This document shows, piece after piece, positions 30,789-40,402 of a stretch of 64,000 nucleotides of DNA. Position 1 is the first letter of the stretch. The number at the start of each line of letters is the position of its first letter. The stretch is from contig JAOIHS010000002.1 of assembly GCA_028135785.1 (NCBI GenBank), positions 6,222 to 70,221 on the forward strand, read 5' to 3'. The position numbers and the translations under genes were made by a program. Source of the DNA: SAR86 cluster bacterium (GTDB lineage: Bacteria; Pseudomonadota; Gammaproteobacteria; Magnimaribacterales; AG-339-G14). Under the pieces are notes generated by a model. The model ran no database searches. It worked only from the letters and a program-made list of their open reading frames with translations, and had not been told where the DNA came from.

Positions 30789-31115
30789 ATGAAAAAACTT
30801 TTTTTTTGCTTATCAATTTTAGCTATTACTGCTTGCGCATCTCCGCAACTTTCTTTGTTAAAAGAAAGCTTCGAAAGGGAAAATCAATTTATTCAAATCA
30901 ATAATTTTTTCCAAGATCTAAGTCAAGAGGAAATTATTTTTGCAAAAAGAAAAGCGCTGCTTACTTGTGAAAATGAAAAGCGAAGCGTTATTCTGCCTGA
31001 TGTAGATATTAATAACACAGATATGGTGAGTGTTGAAACTTACAAGAACACAATTGACGCTAGAAAGATACTTAATAAGAACTGTATGGAATTAAAAGGG
31101 TTCAAAAGAATTTAA
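30789..31115 (+). CDS. Lipoprotein, function unknown
   Basis: Signal peptide with lipobox LAITAC. Confidence 0.6.
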   Translation: MKKLFFCLSILAITACASPQLSLLKESFERENQFIQINNFFQDLSQEEIIFAKRKALLTCENEKRSVILPDVDINNTDMVSVETYKNTIDARKILNKNCMELKGFKRI

Positions 31116-31123
31116 ACGATTAA

Positions 31124-31870
31124 TTACTCTAATAGAATCTTGACACCACCAAGATAAATTTCACCATCTCTTAGCGCTTTCATATCTGCGGCGTTTTCAA
31201 GAATTTTTTCTTTTTCCAGCGCTTTAATAATAAATGCATGGACACCTTCTCCTCTGCCGTCGACTTCTTTAACAAAAGATATTTTTGATTCATTCAAATG
31301 AATGCTTAACTCATTAGAAGATTTTTGCACGCCTAATGCTTTTTCCCACTTTGAACATAATTTGGCAGGATCTTCTGATTGCAGTATTACCCCCGATAAG
31401 CGATCAACTAAAACTTTATTAATATCTTTTTTCCAGTCAGTGCCAGCCCAAAGCCAAGCATCTTTTGGGTGCATTATGTCTAGGGATACAATAGCACCAC
31501 CAACTTGTTTTGGATGTAAGTGAATAGTTCGAGCCTGAATTCCTTCTTCTTTTCTATTTCCTTCCCAAACTATATCGATACCCGAGGCGCTAACTCTCTC
31601 TTTCTCTTTCTCAAAATCTGCAACATCAACAATCACCATATAACCGCCATCACCTTTTCTTTTCGTTAAAAATCTTTCGGCCGTTGTGTTCTCTGTAACG
31701 GGAGTTACGATTTCAATAAAAGTGTCATCAAGAGGAATAAGAACATTTTCCAGTCCAAAGCTAATTAATCCGGCATCGTTATAAGTTTCATTAAGATCGA
31801 AGAGGGTACAAATTTGACGGCTCAATTCATCTCTTTCTTTTGCAACAAAAACCAACTGTCTAATTCTCAT
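31124..31870 (-). CDS. Glyoxalase-like (VOC superfamily) protein
   Basis: Start set to MRIRQLVFVA (31870). The track's 50-codon N-terminal extension overlaps the divergent crotonase gene. Repeated beta-alpha-beta-beta-beta-type pattern; tentative call. Confidence 0.55.
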   Translation of the reverse strand: MRIRQLVFVAKERDELSRQICTLFDLNETYNDAGLISFGLENVLIPLDDTFIEIVTPVTENTTAERFLTKRKGDGGYMVIVDVADFEKEKERVSASGIDIVWEGNRKEEGIQARTIHLHPKQVGGAIVSLDIMHPKDAWLWAGTDWKKDINKVLVDRLSGVILQSEDPAKLCSKWEKALGVQKSSNELSIHLNESKISFVKEVDGRGEGVHAFIIKALEKEKILENAADMKALRDGEIYLGGVKILLE

Positions 31871-31911
31871 AATGTTTGTAGAATAACAAATAAAAAAGAA
31901 GTGAGGAATAA

Positions 31912-32733
31912 GTGATGGAATTAGAAACAGGAACGATAGATTTAATAGCAAAAAAAGAAAACGGAGTAGGTTATTTAATAATGAATAGACCTGACGCCAG
32001 AAATGCAATGTCTGATGCAATGAATAAAGCTCTACAACAAAAACTTGCAGAGTTTGAATTGGATAACGAAGTTCGGTGTATTGTTCTAACTGGAGCTGGA
32101 AAAGGTTTCTGTGCTGGCGGAGATGTTAAAGGCATGGCAGCTAAAAATGAAAAAGCTGACGAAAACAATACCATTGATAAAGCTATTCATCGACAAAGAG
32201 ATCATCAAAGAGGGACTTCGGGAAAATTATTTAAAATGCCCAAACCGACTATCGCCTCGTTACCTGGTCCAGCAGCAGGAGCAGGACTTTCATATGCGCT
32301 ATCTTGTGATTTAAGAATTATGTCTTCTAGTGCGATCATGACAACCGCTTTTGCCAAGGTAGGTTTTTCAGGAGATTATGGCGGCAGTTATTTTATGACG
32401 CAACTAATAGGTTCGGCGAAAGCCAGAGAGTTATACTTTTTATCGGATAGAGTTTCCGCCGAAGAAGCTCTTGATTTGGGGTTGACTAACTGGGTGACCG
32501 CGCCAGAAGATTTAGAGCAAAGAACTAAAGAAATTGCAGAAAAATTAGCCTCAGGACCTTCGGTAGCTTTCCGATACATGAAAGAAAATTTAAATAGAGC
32601 CATGGCAGGCGATGTTGATGACTGTCTTGACTTAGAAGCAACTCATCATGTTCATTGCGGAGAAACCATGGATCACAAAAATGCTGCAAAGGCATTCATA
32701 GAAAAAAAGACTCCGGAATTTGAAGGAAGATAA
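31912..32733 (+). CDS. Enoyl-CoA hydratase/isomerase family protein
   Basis: Crotonase signatures NRPDARNAM, GAGKGFCAGGD, and oxyanion-hole GPAAGAG. Confidence 0.85.
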   Translation: MMELETGTIDLIAKKENGVGYLIMNRPDARNAMSDAMNKALQQKLAEFELDNEVRCIVLTGAGKGFCAGGDVKGMAAKNEKADENNTIDKAIHRQRDHQRGTSGKLFKMPKPTIASLPGPAAGAGLSYALSCDLRIMSSSAIMTTAFAKVGFSGDYGGSYFMTQLIGSAKARELYFLSDRVSAEEALDLGLTNWVTAPEDLEQRTKEIAEKLASGPSVAFRYMKENLNRAMAGDVDDCLDLEATHHVHCGETMDHKNAAKAFIEKKTPEFEGR

Positions 32734-32740
32734 TATAAAA

Positions 32741-33469
32741 ATGATAGACCTTTATTACGCACCGACACCTAATGGCTGGAAGATTTCAATCATGCTGGAA
32801 GAGTGCGGGATGGACTATAACGTTGTAATGGTAAATTTAGGTAAAGGAGATCAATTTAAACCTGATTTTTTAAAGATCAGTCCGAATAATAGAATGCCAG
32901 TAATTGTTGATCACGACAATATCATCAATGACAAACCTATGAGTATTTTTGAGTCAGGTGCAATTTTGATGTATTTAGGAGAAAAATCTGGCCAATTTTT
33001 TACTCAACAATCTCCAGAAAGAGAAAAAGTTTTAGAATGGCTTTTTTGGCAAATTGGTGGGCTTGGACCGATGGCTGGGCAAGTTAGCCACTTTGTAAAC
33101 TACGCACCAAATTTTCCTGGCGATCACTCTTATTCAGAAAAAAGATACAAAAATGAATACGATCGCTTATTAGGAGTTATGGATAGAGTATTAGAAGAAA
33201 GAGAGTATTTGGCCGGAGATTACTCAATTGCTGATATGGCATCTTTCCCTTGGGTAACCGCTTATAAAAGATATGAAGTAGATTTAGATTCTTTTACTAA
33301 TGTAAGAAGATGGTTTGACGCAATCAAAGTTAGACCCGCGGTAAGAAAAGGTATGGATGTAGGCAAAGAGAGCAGGAATTTTGGCAAAGGTATTTCTAAA
33401 GAAAGTTTAAAAACAATGTTCAGTCAAGATTCAGACAGCACAGCTAAAATGGCAAAAGAGAAAGAATAA
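32741..33469 (+). CDS. Glutathione S-transferase (YfcG/Nu-class-like)
   Basis: MIDLYYAPTPNGWKI, IFESGAILMYL, FPW. Start set to the internal ATG at 32741. Confidence 0.8.
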   Translation: MIDLYYAPTPNGWKISIMLEECGMDYNVVMVNLGKGDQFKPDFLKISPNNRMPVIVDHDNIINDKPMSIFESGAILMYLGEKSGQFFTQQSPEREKVLEWLFWQIGGLGPMAGQVSHFVNYAPNFPGDHSYSEKRYKNEYDRLLGVMDRVLEEREYLAGDYSIADMASFPWVTAYKRYEVDLDSFTNVRRWFDAIKVRPAVRKGMDVGKESRNFGKGISKESLKTMFSQDSDSTAKMAKEKE

Positions 33470-33473
33470 AGTT

Positions 33474-34070
33474 TTATAGAGTTTTTTCAAGCAACTGAAT
33501 TCTGTCGTTTCCAAAAAACATGTTGTCACCGTCTACAAAAAAGGTTGGAGATCCAAAACCTCCCCTATCCATAAGTTCTTGAGTGTTTTCGATCAATCTA
33601 GTTTTTGTTTCCGCTTTGTTGATAAATTCTTGAAACTCTTCTGGAGACTCATTTAATTTTTCAGCAATAAAATTTAAACAATCATCACCAGAAATATCTT
33701 TTCCATTAGTCCAATAGGCAGAAAAAATTAAATCAAGATATGGAATAATATTTTTTTTATCTAAAAAAAATAAGGAACCGCGCATTGCTTTAACGCTATT
33801 TACCGGGAATATTTTAGGCCAATTGATAGAGATGCCTCGGTATTTAGACCAATCTTCAAGATCCTTTTGTGAATATTCAAGCTTTTCTTTAACTGGGTTT
33901 TTTCTGCCTTCATAAACACTCGGATTGATGGAATTAAATATGCCACCAACCAAAATAGGCTTCCAAACAATTTCGAAATCTTTTCTTTCTGATAATTCCA
34001 ATATTCCTTTAAAGGAAAGATAAGTCCATGGACTGCTGCAATCCAAAAAGTATTCTATTTTTTTAATCAA
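33474..34070 (-). CDS. 2-hydroxychromene-2-carboxylate isomerase / DsbA-like (kappa-GST-type) protein
   Basis: FLDCSSPWTY N-terminus, GSPTFFVDG..FGNDR C-terminus. Confidence 0.75.
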   Translation of the reverse strand: MIKKIEYFLDCSSPWTYLSFKGILELSERKDFEIVWKPILVGGIFNSINPSVYEGRKNPVKEKLEYSQKDLEDWSKYRGISINWPKIFPVNSVKAMRGSLFFLDKKNIIPYLDLIFSAYWTNGKDISGDDCLNFIAEKLNESPEEFQEFINKAETKTRLIENTQELMDRGGFGSPTFFVDGDNMFFGNDRIQLLEKTL

Positions 34071-34073
34071 TTA

Positions 34074-34454
34074 CTAAGCAATAAGATTTGAGCCCATCAT
34101 AAATAAAACAATAACAGAGGGTGCCCATATAAAAGGTCTAACAAGTTTGAATTTATAAAGATCTATCATAGCGCCTAGAAGATAAGCGACTCTTAATCCC
34201 AACCAAATCTGAGCCAAAAGCAAATTATCTACTTTCAAAACTACAGATAAAACAGCAAAAGTTAAAAAAATAGGTAGCGTTTGTCTTAAATTTTCACTTG
34301 CTAAAACCATTCTCTTTGAAAGATTGTTCTCATTAGAGACATCGCCACCAGCAAAAGACCATTCAACGAAAGGCACTTTATTAAACGAAAAACTCATTCT
34401 TAAAAAAAGGTGTAATAGATAAAAAACTCCAACATAATAAATTACCTCAACCAT
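34074..34454 (-). CDS. MAPEG-family membrane protein (membrane glutathione-transferase-like)
   Basis: 126 aa, 3-4 TM, SENLRQTLPIF (N..E..P.F motif). Confidence 0.65.
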   Translation of the reverse strand: MVEVIYYVGVFYLLHLFLRMSFSFNKVPFVEWSFAGGDVSNENNLSKRMVLASENLRQTLPIFLTFAVLSVVLKVDNLLLAQIWLGLRVAYLLGAMIDLYKFKLVRPFIWAPSVIVLFMMGSNLIA

Positions 34455-34574
34455 AATAATTCTCCCAATTAATTTATTTAATATTAATGTTTTAGCAGGT
34501 AATTGAAAAGTTATTAATGATTTAAATAAAAGACAAGTTTTTTAAAAACTCTATATCTGTTTATAATAATTATT

Positions 34575-35489
34575 ATGGAGAATTACGATTCTATATTGAG
34601 CCATGATGAAATTGCTCAACTGAAAAAAAAGAATAGTTGGATTACGACCGGGACATTACTTTCTATTTGGTTGCAGGTTTCCTTGGCTTTTATAATTTTT
34701 ATTATTTTTCCTAGCCCAATGACTTTCATAGTCTCGGCTTTAATTATTGGGGCAAAACAATTTCAGATGACGGTCATGATGCATGACGGAGCGCACGGAT
34801 TAATGTACGAAAATAGAAAATTAAATGATTTGGCTTCACAGTGGCTATGTGCCTTTCCGGTAATGACAGATACGCTTCCATACCGAAGAATCCACTCTCA
34901 ACACCACAAATATACTGAAACGGATAAAGATCCAGATAAAGGATTAACAGAAGCTTTTCCGACTTCAAATAAAAGCCTTTGGAGAAAAGCTTTCAGAGAT
35001 CTAACGGGAATAGCCGGAACGCGAAGATATCTAGGAACTTTAAGATCTGCATGGGGCAAAGATTTAACCCTAATAAATCATTTAGATAGATTCATAAATA
35101 AAATGCATGGGTTTTTCATCACTAATGCAATAATTTTTATTGCTTTGTTCTCAGTCGGAAGTCCTTGGCTTTATGTTTTATTATGGTGGGTACCTATGCT
35201 TACTCTGTTCAGCTTCTTTTATAGAATTAGAAGTATCACTGAACATTCTGGCGTTGAGGGAGGTAATGATCTCAAAAATACTAGAACAACTATTGTTCCA
35301 TGGTATTTAAAATATTTTTTAGCACCTTTGAATGTTAACTTTCATATCGAGCACCATCTTTTCACTTTTTGTCCTTGGTATAATTTGCCTAAAGCGCACA
35401 AAATGCTTGAAAAAAAATCTTATTTTCCAAAGATGGAAATTGCTTATAGTTATCAAGAAGTTTACAAAAAAATCCTTTATACAAACTGA
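34575..35489 (+). CDS. Membrane fatty-acid desaturase family protein
   Basis: Three His boxes: HDGAHG, HSQHHKY, HIEHHLF. Confidence 0.85.
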   Translation: MENYDSILSHDEIAQLKKKNSWITTGTLLSIWLQVSLAFIIFIIFPSPMTFIVSALIIGAKQFQMTVMMHDGAHGLMYENRKLNDLASQWLCAFPVMTDTLPYRRIHSQHHKYTETDKDPDKGLTEAFPTSNKSLWRKAFRDLTGIAGTRRYLGTLRSAWGKDLTLINHLDRFINKMHGFFITNAIIFIALFSVGSPWLYVLLWWVPMLTLFSFFYRIRSITEHSGVEGGNDLKNTRTTIVPWYLKYFLAPLNVNFHIEHHLFTFCPWYNLPKAHKMLEKKSYFPKMEIAYSYQEVYKKILYTN

Positions 35490-35605
35490 TAAGTAAATAA
35501 TCATTTATCCAATTAACTGGATTTAACAAATTTTAATCTTTTTAGAATACTAATTTCTATTCTCGCTAAATTTGATTTAAAACATTGTTCGTTTATGATT
35601 CATAA

Positions 35606-36037
35606 ATGGATTTTAAATTTTCTAAGATAATAAAAGGCCTTCACTGGACGACGGTTTCTAGTGAAAAAGTTCTTCTAGCAATAATCGGTATTGCAACTTG
35701 TATAGCTGCAGCACAATATTTAATTGGTATGTATTTGGTGAGAGAAATCCTCCTAGCAGATCTATTTATGCTATTTATTTATGTTGAAATAATAGGCATG
35801 GTCGGAGCATTTTATAGCACAAATAGAATTCCCGTCACTTTGCCAATCATCATTGCCATAACGGCACTTTGTCGGTTAATTATTATGCAAAGCAAAGACA
35901 TGGACGCCTTGATGTTAGTAGGAGAGTCTGGAGCAATATTAATATTAGCTGTATCGGCTTATATCATGAGCTTGAAAGACAGAGTAAGCCTTAGAAAAAA
36001 GAAAGAGTTCCACGACGAAAAAAATATTTCTGATTAA
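35606..36037 (+). CDS. PsiE-like (phosphate-starvation-inducible) membrane protein
   Basis: 143 aa. FIYVEIIGMV..IPVTLPIIIAITALCRLIIM resembles the PsiE core (recalled from E. coli PsiE). Confidence 0.5.
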   Translation: MDFKFSKIIKGLHWTTVSSEKVLLAIIGIATCIAAAQYLIGMYLVREILLADLFMLFIYVEIIGMVGAFYSTNRIPVTLPIIIAITALCRLIIMQSKDMDALMLVGESGAILILAVSAYIMSLKDRVSLRKKKEFHDEKNISD

Positions 36038-36055
36038 CAAGCAATACTAAATCAT

Positions 36056-36910
36056 ATGGAAATGGCCAAAGTTATTCGTAATTTTATAATCGCCATATGG
36101 TTCTTAATTTCATCATCTATATTCGCAGATGAAAATCTAAAAGATTTCATTGAGCTTTCATATGGAGATCACGAAAAACAAAAAATAGATTTCTATCCTG
36201 GAAGCTCGGATAAAGTTCTTGTCTGGATTCATGGCGGCGGTTGGGTTTTTGGAGGCAAGAGAGCAACGAGATGGGTAGAGAGACTAGAAAGATATTATGA
36301 GGTTAATAAAGACCTAAACGTTTTTATGGTTGGTTATCGTTACGGACAAGATACCGCTCCTCAAGCGGCAGAAGACGCTCTATGTGCATATAAATACATA
36401 GAACAAGAAATTAGAGAAAGAGGTTTGTCGAGTGATGACATTGTTATTATGGGACTAAGTTCTGGAGGTCATCTGGCTCTTTTAGTTGGTATGATGAATA
36501 GCAAAGGGAGCGATCATAGATGTCAGGCAGACAAATCCCCCGCAGCTATAGTAAATTTTTTTGGAATTACCGAAATAGAGCAAAATTATAATTTTCTTGA
36601 AGATAATAATTACTTTTTAAATTTTGTAAATTGGTGGGTTCCTCCAAATGGAGATTTAAAAGAAATTTCTAAAGCTTACTCACCGATCCACTTTGTTAGC
36701 AAAAATACACCACCAGTAATTACAGTACATGGTACGGATGATGATCTTGTCCCATATGAACAGGCACTTATTTTGAAAGCCAAACTTGGCGACAGAAATG
36801 AGCTAATAACAGTTGAGGGCGGCGGTCATTGGAGATTTTCTGACGAACAGCACCTAGAGATAAAAAAAAGTGTAGATAGTTTTTTAGATAGAAATGTTTA
36901 TAAAAATTAA
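36056..36910 (+). CDS. Secreted alpha/beta hydrolase (esterase/lipase, HGGG type)
   Basis: Signal peptide, oxyanion HGGGW, nucleophile elbow GLSSGG, HGTDDDLVP. Confidence 0.8.
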   Translation: MEMAKVIRNFIIAIWFLISSSIFADENLKDFIELSYGDHEKQKIDFYPGSSDKVLVWIHGGGWVFGGKRATRWVERLERYYEVNKDLNVFMVGYRYGQDTAPQAAEDALCAYKYIEQEIRERGLSSDDIVIMGLSSGGHLALLVGMMNSKGSDHRCQADKSPAAIVNFFGITEIEQNYNFLEDNNYFLNFVNWWVPPNGDLKEISKAYSPIHFVSKNTPPVITVHGTDDDLVPYEQALILKAKLGDRNELITVEGGGHWRFSDEQHLEIKKSVDSFLDRNVYKN

Positions 36911-36928
36911 GTGAGGTAAACTTATTTT

Positions 36929-37321
36929 ATGAAAATGTTAATGGAAAAAATAGTACTAGAATGTTCCGCATCTCATCTTTGGAGCATCTTATCTGATGTA
37001 ACTCGATGCGATTGGGTGCCAACAGTTGAAGAAATTCGACTCGAGGGAGATTGTCGAGTATTCGAAATGGAGGGTATGGGAGCAGTGAAAGAAAGAATTC
37101 TCCTACTGGATAATGAATTAATGAAATTACAGTACTCTGCAGTAGAAACAAGAACGCCAATTGAGCATTTAGCAACGATGCAAATATCTGAAATCGATAA
37201 TGAAAATTGTCAACTTGAATGGACCACTGAAATTGATCCAGAAATATTTGCTGAGGCTATTCATCAAGGCATGCTAGTTTCAATAGAAGGTATCAAAGCT
37301 GTAATAGCAAATGAGAACTAA
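36929..37321 (+). CDS. SRPBCC-superfamily (polyketide-cyclase/START-like) protein
   Basis: 130 aa. Start pattern C.AS.LW..L.D and size fit the family. Tentative. Confidence 0.5.
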   Translation: MKMLMEKIVLECSASHLWSILSDVTRCDWVPTVEEIRLEGDCRVFEMEGMGAVKERILLLDNELMKLQYSAVETRTPIEHLATMQISEIDNENCQLEWTTEIDPEIFAEAIHQGMLVSIEGIKAVIANEN

Positions 37322-37378
37322 TGGATTTAGTTTTTCATCATTATGCATGAAGAAATAATATTTAATTAGAAAGGCAAA

Positions 37379-37921
37379 ATGGACTACGTTAAATCTCAAA
37401 AAATAATACATTGGCTTATGGCTATCGCAATTATGCTGGATTTGAATATTGCTCAAAAATTCGGTGGAGAAATGGAACTATGGGATAGATTAGAGTCTCG
37501 AGCAGATCATGCCACCATGGGTTTAATCGTGACTTTTTTATTTATTTTAAGGTTAATTCTTCGATATCGATATGGTGCTCCGAGTTTGCCCAGTTCGATG
37601 CCAAAGTGGCAAGTTTATGCTGCTCACGGAGGTCATTATGGTTTGTATTTTTTAATGGGCACTCTAATGCTGACCGGAATAATTTCAGCTAATTTTGCTT
37701 CAGATCCAATAATAGTATTTGGTTCATATGATCTTGCTTTTGCGAATCATAATGCTGATTTGTTTCTATCAGTAAGAAGCATTCATGAGTTTTGCACCAA
37801 TGCAATAATTGCTCTTATCGTCATTCATATCGCTGCGGCTATTTACCATCACTTCATCGTTAAAGACAATACAACTCTGAATATGACAAAATTTTGGACC
37901 ACAAAATACTCTGGCAAATAA
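37379..37921 (+). CDS. Cytochrome b561 family protein
   Basis: 4 TM with conserved His residues (KIIHWLMA, ADHATMG, YAAHGGH, IHEF..HIAAAIYHH). Confidence 0.75.
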   Translation: MDYVKSQKIIHWLMAIAIMLDLNIAQKFGGEMELWDRLESRADHATMGLIVTFLFILRLILRYRYGAPSLPSSMPKWQVYAAHGGHYGLYFLMGTLMLTGIISANFASDPIIVFGSYDLAFANHNADLFLSVRSIHEFCTNAIIALIVIHIAAAIYHHFIVKDNTTLNMTKFWTTKYSGK

Positions 37922-38111
37922 AAATCCACTTCGCTAGAGAAACAGAATCACTTGACAGTTTGTATACAGATGCTCAAAATAAATTGATGGTTTTTTAAAG
38001 AAAACTTTCTAGAATTTTAATCCTAGAATTTGAGGGACATGGACACTAGGAAAGATTTGGGTCATGAGATTTGGAAATGCTCTAATGTATTTATTAGATA
38101 GGGAGTAAAAA

Positions 38112-38480
38112 ATGAGTACCCTGATATTTGGAATTTGTTCAACAATTTGTTTTGGTGCTCTATTTTTGCATGAGTTAAAAGGCACACCATTAGTGATCCC
38201 TCCATTAGAGGCGTCCAGTCTAGACGGAAATGTCAAAGCTCTTTTAAAATTTTCTTGGCACGTAGGCTCAATTTTGACTGTAAGCATAGGAGTTTTATTT
38301 GCCTGTTCTGTATTAATCCCTGGTAATGAGTTGATGGCTATTATTGGAACAGCAATGTTGATATGCATGGCACTTCTTGTTCTTGGCTTAGCATTCAAAG
38401 ACGTTAATCTTAGAAAGACGCCAGCTCCTTTTTTATGGCCATCTCTTTCATTGCTTGCCTTAATGGGGCACCTGTTTTAA
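38112..38480 (+). CDS. Hypothetical membrane protein
   Basis: 122 aa, 4 hydrophobic segments. Preferred over the fully overlapping minus-strand ORF 38009-38398. Confidence 0.45.
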   Translation: MSTLIFGICSTICFGALFLHELKGTPLVIPPLEASSLDGNVKALLKFSWHVGSILTVSIGVLFACSVLIPGNELMAIIGTAMLICMALLVLGLAFKDVNLRKTPAPFLWPSLSLLALMGHLF

Positions 38481-38494
38481 TCAAAGCAAAAATT

Positions 38495-40393
38495 ATGAAT
38501 ATAAATATTAAGCACCCACTAGAGGCCCTAACCATAGAAGAAATAAACAGTGCGGTGGAAATTTTTAAAGCTGATAAAAATACAGATAAAAATTCAGCAT
38601 ATAGCCACATAACGCTAATTGAGCCTGATAAAGATTTTATAAAAAGCTACAAAGACGGAGATGAATTTTCAAGATTAGTAAAAATAGTCGGGGTAGATTC
38701 TCAATCGAAAGGCTTTGAAGCTGACATAAATCTATCCGAAAAAAAAATTATATCTTTGAAAGCACTCTCTTCAGATGCTCAGCCTACTTATCACACGAGC
38801 GAAGTTTTCTCTGCAATTATGCTGGTTCTAGAAAACAAGGACTACCAGGAAGCCTTAAAAAAAAGAGGCATTACTAATTTAGACTTAGTTCATATAGACC
38901 CTTGGCCTGGCGGGGGGATCATTCACAAAGATTTAAAAGAAGGGCACAGAGCTCTAAAAGCGATTTCCTTTTTGAAGGAAAATCCAACAGATAATGCATA
39001 TGCAAAACCAGTTCAAGGATTAATAGCTCATATCGATTTAACTGATATGAAAGTGTTAGAAATAGAGGATCATGGTGTAATAGATATGCCAAAAGCTAAT
39101 GCTAGATACGATGCCGATGGTCAAGATAAATTAAGAGACGAACCTAAAGAAATCTCAATTACCCAACCTCAAGGACCTGGTTATAAAGTAAATAGTAATA
39201 AAATCTCATGGGAAGGATGGGATGTTAGAGTTTCTATAGATCCAATAGGCGGCATAATTCTTCAAAATCTTTGTTTTGATGAAAGGCCGATACTTTTCCG
39301 AGCTGGAATGTCAGATATGGTTGTGCCTTATGGAACTTCTGATCCAATGCATTCGTGGAAGGCAGTTTTTGATGGTACAGAGTATGGATTTGGAGCTTTA
39401 GCTAATTCTTTAACATTAGGATGTGACTGTTTGGGTGAAATTCACTACTTTGATTCCCACCAATTATCTTTCGATGGCTCAGTCAATACTATTGAAAATG
39501 CTATTTGTTTGCATGAAGAGGATTACGGCATTCAATGGAAGCATACCAATACTATAGGAGAGGGTTCTAGTGAAGTTCGTCGATCAAGAAGACTAGTAAT
39601 TAGTTCTTTTTCAACAGTGGGCAACTATGACTATGGAATTTTTTGGTATCTTTATTTAGATGGAACAATTCAGTTAGAAATGAAACTTACAGGAATCGTT
39701 GGAGTAAGTGCATTCGATGCAAGCATTCATAAAACCAGTCAGGATATGAGAATTACTCAAGAATTAGTTTCTCCAATTCATCAACATTTATTCAACGTTA
39801 GATTAGACTGGTTTTTAGATGGAGGAAATAATCAGCTTTTAGAAACCGAAGTTGAACCTATGCCTATGGATTCTTCGAACCCATATGGAACTCAGTTCCA
39901 AGCAATTTCAAGACATCTATCTACTGAAAATGATGCTAAAAGAAATACTTCCGCAGAAAAAAGTAGAGTATGGAAGATTTTAAATCCAGAAAAGAAGAAT
40001 TCAATAGGTTCCTCTTCAGCATATAAAATATTACCGGGGAACACACCAGTTTTGCTTTCAAATTCTGACTCAGTTGTCGGGCAAAGAGCTTCGTTCGCTA
40101 AACATAATCTTTGGGCAACTCCTTTTCATAAAGAAGAAATTTATGGAGCAGGAATGCATACTGTTATGCACTCCGGTCAAGGCGGCTTAGATGATATTAC
40201 TTCTAAAAATAGAGATATCAGCAATTGTGATTTAGTAACTTGGTATACCTTTGGAGTTACTCACGTTCCGCGTCCAGAAGACTGGCCAGTAATGCCGGTT
40301 GAATATTGCGGTTTTCATTTAATTCCGGTTGGTTTCTTTGATCAAAATCCAACTATAAATTTACCTCCATCTTGCAAAACAAATAAGGATTAG
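38495..40393 (+). CDS. Copper-containing (topaquinone) primary amine oxidase
   Basis: TPQ precursor motif TVGNYDY, Cu ligands HQHLF and a downstream His. About 630 aa. Start set to MNINIKHPLE (38495). No signal peptide seen. Confidence 0.88.
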   Translation: MNINIKHPLEALTIEEINSAVEIFKADKNTDKNSAYSHITLIEPDKDFIKSYKDGDEFSRLVKIVGVDSQSKGFEADINLSEKKIISLKALSSDAQPTYHTSEVFSAIMLVLENKDYQEALKKRGITNLDLVHIDPWPGGGIIHKDLKEGHRALKAISFLKENPTDNAYAKPVQGLIAHIDLTDMKVLEIEDHGVIDMPKANARYDADGQDKLRDEPKEISITQPQGPGYKVNSNKISWEGWDVRVSIDPIGGIILQNLCFDERPILFRAGMSDMVVPYGTSDPMHSWKAVFDGTEYGFGALANSLTLGCDCLGEIHYFDSHQLSFDGSVNTIENAICLHEEDYGIQWKHTNTIGEGSSEVRRSRRLVISSFSTVGNYDYGIFWYLYLDGTIQLEMKLTGIVGVSAFDASIHKTSQDMRITQELVSPIHQHLFNVRLDWFLDGGNNQLLETEVEPMPMDSSNPYGTQFQAISRHLSTENDAKRNTSAEKSRVWKILNPEKKNSIGSSSAYKILPGNTPVLLSNSDSVVGQRASFAKHNLWATPFHKEEIYGAGMHTVMHSGQGGLDDITSKNRDISNCDLVTWYTFGVTHVPRPEDWPVMPVEYCGFHLIPVGFFDQNPTINLPPSCKTNKD

Positions 40394-40402
40394 ATCAAAA
40401 AA

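Noticed and set aside
31871-32020. N-terminal extensions proposed by the ORF track (31124-32020; also 5470, 13615, 26990, 30507, 32720, 38435 and 46036 starts)
   Set aside because: The extensions overlap neighbouring genes or repeats and encode atypical sequence. Internal ATGs give canonical N-termini, signal peptides or Shine-Dalgarno spacing.
38009-38398. 129-aa minus-strand ORF overlapping the 38112-38480 membrane protein
   Set aside because: The two are mutually exclusive. The plus-strand ORF has clear TM periodicity and fits the local gene orientation, and the minus ORF has no motif. Confidence in either is modest.
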